Source of the DNA: Christensenellales bacterium
GTDB taxonomy: Bacteria > Bacillota > Clostridia > Christensenellales > CALWSW01
Assembly (NCBI GenBank): GCA_040768925.1
Contig: JAXGLZ010000002.1
Location: 207,389-271,388, forward strand
Direction: 5' to 3'
Length of the DNA stretch: 64,000 nucleotides
Part shown: in pieces, positions 59,849 to 64,000 of the stretch
Layout: each line of letters opens with the position of its first letter
Position numbering within the stretch: the first letter of the stretch is position 1
Position numbers and translations under genes: made by a program
Notes under the pieces: model-generated
Seen by the model: the letters and a program-made list of their open reading frames with translations, nothing else
What the model was told of the DNA's origin: nothing
Database searches by the model: none

Positions 59849-62328
59849 TGCGCAGCCTTCCTTTCCCCGTGCGGGGCCTTGAACCTTTTCAGGCGCAGCG
59901 CGTTTGACACCACGGAAACCGAGCTCAGGCTCATCGCGGCCGCGGCGAAGATCGGGCTCAGCAGCGGGCCGCCGAACAGGTGAAGCACGCCGGCGGCGAT
60001 CGGTATGCCGATGACGTTGTAACCGAACGCCCAGAAGAGGTTCTGCTTGATGTTGCGGATGGTCCGCTTGCTGAGTTCGATGGCGGTGGGAACGTCCATC
60101 AGGTCGCTTTTCATCAGCACGATATCCGCCGATTCCATCGCGACGTCCGTTCCGGAACCGATGGCGATGCCGATATCGGCCTGAGCCAGCGCGGGCGCGT
60201 CGTTGATCCCGTCGCCGACCATGGCGACCCTGCGGCCTTCCGCCTGCAATTTTTTGACCTCGTTGGATTTGTCCTGGGGCAGGACCTCGGCCAGGATCCT
60301 GTCGATCCCCACCTGTTTGGCGATGGCCGCGGCGGTCTTTTTGTTGTCGCCGGTGATCATGGCCACTTCGATGCCCATTTTGTGCAGGGTGTCGATCGCG
60401 GCCCGGCTGGATTGCTTCACCACGTCGGCAACGGCGATGATCCCGGCAAGAGCGCCGTCAACGGCCACGTACATCGGCGTTTTGCCTTCTTCGGCAAGGC
60501 GGTCGGAGTCCGCTTCCAGCCCGGCGAGGGAAATGCCCTGTTCGTCCATCAGCTTACGGTTCCCGGCAAGGATCGTTTGGCCGCCGATCGCGGCCTGAAT
60601 GCCCCGGCCGGTGATGGATTCAAACCCTTCCACCTTGATGAGTTCCAATCCCTTTTCCTGCGCGCTCTGCACGATCGCCTGGCCGAGGGGGTGTTCCGAA
60701 GCTTTTTCCGCGGAAGCCGTGAGCAAAAGCAGCTGATCGGCAGAGGTTTCATCGCCGGTCAGCACGTCGGTGACCGCCGGCTTGCCTTCGGTGATGGTGC
60801 CTGTTTTGTCAAAAACGATGGTGTTGACCTTATGCGCGGTCTCCAGCGCTTCGCCGCCCTTGATGAGTATGCCGTTTTCCGCGCCTTTGCCGGTTCCCAC
60901 CATAATGGCGGTGGGCGTTGCCAGGCCGAGGGCGCAGGGGCAGGCGATGACGAGGACTGAGATGAAGATCGTGAGGGCGAACTCCAATTCCCGGGTTCCG
61001 ATGTACCACGCGATCCCGGCGGCAAGCGCGATCAGGCAGACGATGGGCACAAAATAGCCGGATACGACATCCGCCATCTGGGCGATGGGCGCTTTGGACC
61101 CCTGGGCGTCCTCCACCAGCTTGATGATCTGGGCAAGGGCGGTGTCGCTGCCGATTTTCTCCGCGCGGAACTGAATGGTTCCGTTCGTGTTCAGCGAAGC
61201 GGCGTACACCGCGTCCCCCGCTTTTTTGTCCACCGGCATGCTTTCGCCGGTCAGCATGGATTCGTCAATGGCCGTATGCCCTTCAAGCACGGTGCCGTCC
61301 ACCGGGATTTTTGCGCCGGGTTTCACCACGATGACGTCGCCGATTTCCACTTCTTCGATGGGGATCTCCTGTTCGACGCCGTCGTGCAGGATGATCGCGG
61401 TCTTGGGCGCGAGCCCCATCAGTTTCTTGATCGCCTCGCTGGTTTTGCCCTTGGATACCGCTTCCAGCGTTTTGCCGAGCATGATCAGCGCGATGATCAC
61501 GCCTGCCGTTTCGAAATAAAGGGCGTCCACCGCGTGGAAATTGCCGCCGGCGATTTGGAACACATTGTAAACGCTGTAAACAACCGCCGCCGTGGTGCCC
61601 ACGGCGATCAGCGAGTCCATGTTCGGGCTGCGCTGGAAAAGGGCCTTAAACCCCACGGTGTAGAACTTATACCCAACGCCGATGATCGGGATCACCAGGG
61701 CGATCTGCAGCAAACCGTAAACCAGCGGATACTGCATCGGATTCAGCCAACCGGGGAAGGGCAGCCGCACGGAGGTGATCATCGGCGCCATGGCGACGTA
61801 TAAAAGCGGCAGGCCGAAGGCGGCGGCGACGATGAATTTGATCCAAAGGGTGCGGATCTGTTTCTTTTTGCGCGCCCTGTCCTCATCCGCGGCGTCGGTC
61901 TTTGAAACTTCCAGCGCTTTGTATCCGGCTTTTTCGATCGTATCTCTGATGGCCGACTGCCGGATTTTTTGCGGTTCGTAGGTAACCGTGGCTTTTTCGG
62001 TGGCAAAATTGACCGAAGCCTCGGCTACCCCGTCCAGCTTGCGGAGCGCCTTTTCGACTCTTTGGGCGCAGGCCGCGCAGGTCATGCCGCCGATCGGTAT
62101 GGAAATGGTGCTGTTATCTGTTTTTTCCACGACCTCGTAGCCGATTTTTTTGACCGCTTCTTTGACGGCGTCAAGGGCCGGGGCGCTGTCGTATTCCACA
62201 AACAGCTTCTCGCTTGCGAGATTCACCGAAGCCTGCCCGACGCCGGGGAGTTTTCCGACCACCCGCTCAATCCGCTGCGCGCACGCGGCGCAGGTCATGC
62301 CTCTGATGCTTAATACCTGGCTTTCCAC
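59845..62328 (-). CDS. copA: Cu(I)-exporting P1B-type ATPase
   Basis: Two GMTCAAC domains, TGES, CPC, DKTGT, HP, GDGIND, YN, MSLSS. Confidence 0.95.
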
Positions 62329-62363
62329 TTATGATCACCTCATTTTCGGATGATTGCTTGGTG

Positions 62364-62442
62364 TTGACACCGTGAAGGCGTCATGCTATTATTATGCCAG
62401 TAATCATCAGTAATACAAGTACGCACTTTATGGTGCCATACT
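62364..62442 (+). promoter_or_regulatory. hxlR promoter and inverted-repeat operator
   Basis: TTGACA-17-TATTAT; AGTACGCAC-TTTATG-GTGCCATACT. Confidence 0.55.
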
Positions 62443-62474
62443 ACCTAAAAATATAGTACTGGAGAGTCAAGCCT

Positions 62475-62837
62475 ATGAAATGCACCGGCGCCTGCCTGAA
62501 CTGCCCCGTTGACGCGACCTTGCGCCTGATAGGCGGAAAATACAAATCCTTGATCCTCTGGCATTTGCTCGGCGGCACGATGCGGCACGGGGAGCTGCAA
62601 AAGCTGATCCCCCAGGCCACCCCGAAAATGCTGACGCAGCAGCTTCGGGAACTCGAAAGCGACGACCTGATCAGCCGCGAGGTTTTCCCCGTGGTTCCGC
62701 CCAAGGTGGAATATTCCCTGACCGAGACTGGAAGGAGCCTCAAGCCCATTTTAATCGCGATGTACGATTGGGGCTCGGCTTTCATGAAATCCAAAAGCCA
62801 GCGGATCTCCTGCACGATGACGCGGGATGCCGAGTAG
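62475..62837 (+). CDS. HxlR-family winged-helix regulator
   Basis: [35 protein letters not shown]. Confidence 0.9.
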   Translation: MKCTGACLNCPVDATLRLIGGKYKSLILWHLLGGTMRHGELQKLIPQATPKMLTQQLRELESDDLISREVFPVVPPKVEYSLTETGRSLKPILIAMYDWGSAFMKSKSQRISCTMTRDAE

Positions 62838-62995
62838 ACCGGCATCCCCTTTGTTCTTTGTTTTATGAACATCTGCGCCCCTCAACATTCCCGCCGATTC
62901 CTGCTGCGGCCGCGTCACCCAAAACCTGCGCCACGCAGCTTATTTGGGATTGCCTTGGCGGGCGGTCATCGATCGTTTGCCTTCCAGTTTTTGAA

Positions 62996-63292
62996 CAGGC
63001 GGCGGATTCCCCAAAAAATCATAGGAAATCATGCTCTTTTCATCATCTATCGCCTTGTTTTGCAAAAAGGCCGGCCACGGGTTGCAGCCATTGGACTCCG
63101 CTTCGATCCGGCTTATTCAACATCTTTGTTGCGTAAAGATTAGCTTTTGGAACCAGCGGGTCAATGATGACCAGTTCCATTTCACCTTGATAGCTTTTTT
63201 GTTCTCCGAGGATAGCATTCCTCCCGCGTTTCTTTCATTTTGTCATATTTTTTCGCAGTGAAAAAGGCCGCCGGCTCTTTATCAGCTGCCTG
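62996..63292 (-). mobile_element. Possible IS1182-derived remnant/MITE
   Basis: Imperfect IRs CAGGCGGCGGATT / TATCAGCTGCCTG (10/13); frameshifted ML...QGEMELVIIDPLVPK after GGAGG. Confidence 0.35.
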
Positions 63293-63576
63293 AGACACCC
63301 CGAGCGGGGTGCCTTTTTTGTTTATCCTCGCAACGATCTTTTCTTTTGCGCCGCAAGTCTCCGGCATCTGACAATTTTCCGCCCGGGGCAGGCTTTGGCC
63401 AAGGGCTGTCAAGCCGTTGGCTAAAGGGAAGCAAAGACTCCCTTCTCCCGAGATCCTTCCCCGTTGAAGCGCCGGAGTGTGCGGGTCCGCCAGACGGGCG
63501 AAGGCAGGCGCCGCCCTGCGGCGGATCAAGCGTGGCCTTTCACAGTTACCGCTAAAATTATTTCATTTGGGTTATA

Positions 63577-63605
63577 TTGACACCTTAAATATATTGTGTT
63601 AGCAT
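63577..63605 (+). promoter_or_regulatory. SigA promoter of ribokinase
   Basis: TTGACA-17-TAGCAT with extended TG. Confidence 0.6.
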
Positions 63606-63639
63606 TTATACACCCAAAACACCTATAAGGAGGCGTCAA

Positions 63640-64000
63640 ATGGCAGCACGAATTCTCTTGGTCGGAAGTGTAATGATGGACCTGATCCTAAGGTGCGAAC
63701 GCGCGCCGCAGCCCAGTGAAAGCGTTCTCGGGCACGACTATCGGAATGCGCCGGGCGGCAAAGGGAGCAACGCGGCGGTGGCCGCGGCCCGTGCGGGCGC
63801 AAAGGTATCCGCATACGCCACATTGGGCAAGGACGCCAATGGTCAGTATCTTATCGACCGCTGGAAAGAAGAAGGGATAGACACAACCCACACGATCTTC
63901 AAAGAAGGCGCAAACACCGGCTTCGTGGCCATCACCCTTGAAGACAACGGACAGAACCGGCTGATTATCTTCCCCGGCGCCAACATGCTTACGCCTCCGG
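63640..64000 (+). CDS. rbsK: Ribokinase/PfkB kinase, N-terminal part (runs off window)
   Basis: Own translation: VGSVMMDL...PGGKGSNAAVAAARAG...GQNRLIIFPGAN; AAGGAGG RBS. Confidence 0.85.
   Translation, partial: MAARILLVGSVMMDLILRCERAPQPSESVLGHDYRNAPGGKGSNAAVAAARAGAKVSAYATLGKDANGQYLIDRWKEEGIDTTHTIFKEGANTGFVAITLEDNGQNRLIIFPGANMLTPP

Overview
High-GC Firmicute chromosome, probably a spore-forming Clostridia (inferred from gene content). Core regions hold pcrA, yerC, ssb, a parE/parC-like topoisomerase pair, an acyl-CoA ligase behind a Leu T-box, rqcH, gerM-rph, rdgB, a six-tRNA cluster, a PyrR-attenuated pyr operon lacking carA, an LCP gene, copA/copZ and a partial ribokinase. A ~10.5-kb glycerol/polyol and flavocytochrome block sits between rph and rdgB. 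The main accessory feature is a ~17.9-kb composite island just downstream of tRNA-Leu(GAG) (about 40420-58278), bounded by two halves of an imperfect 22-bp palindrome. It carries (i) a divergent TetM/TetW-family ribosomal protection gene with Tn916-type leader and orf7/orf8-like regulators, (ii) a prophage collapsed by two large deletions but with two apparently intact serine recombinases, (iii) two Spo0A-C-terminal-like paralogs, and (iv) an AT-rich, complete type II CBASS operon: small HTH, CD-NTase, Cap2, Cap3 and a calcineurin-like metallophosphoesterase-SAVED effector. That operon is the best candidate for an uncharacterised system. All calls come from motifs read by eye; no database searches were run.
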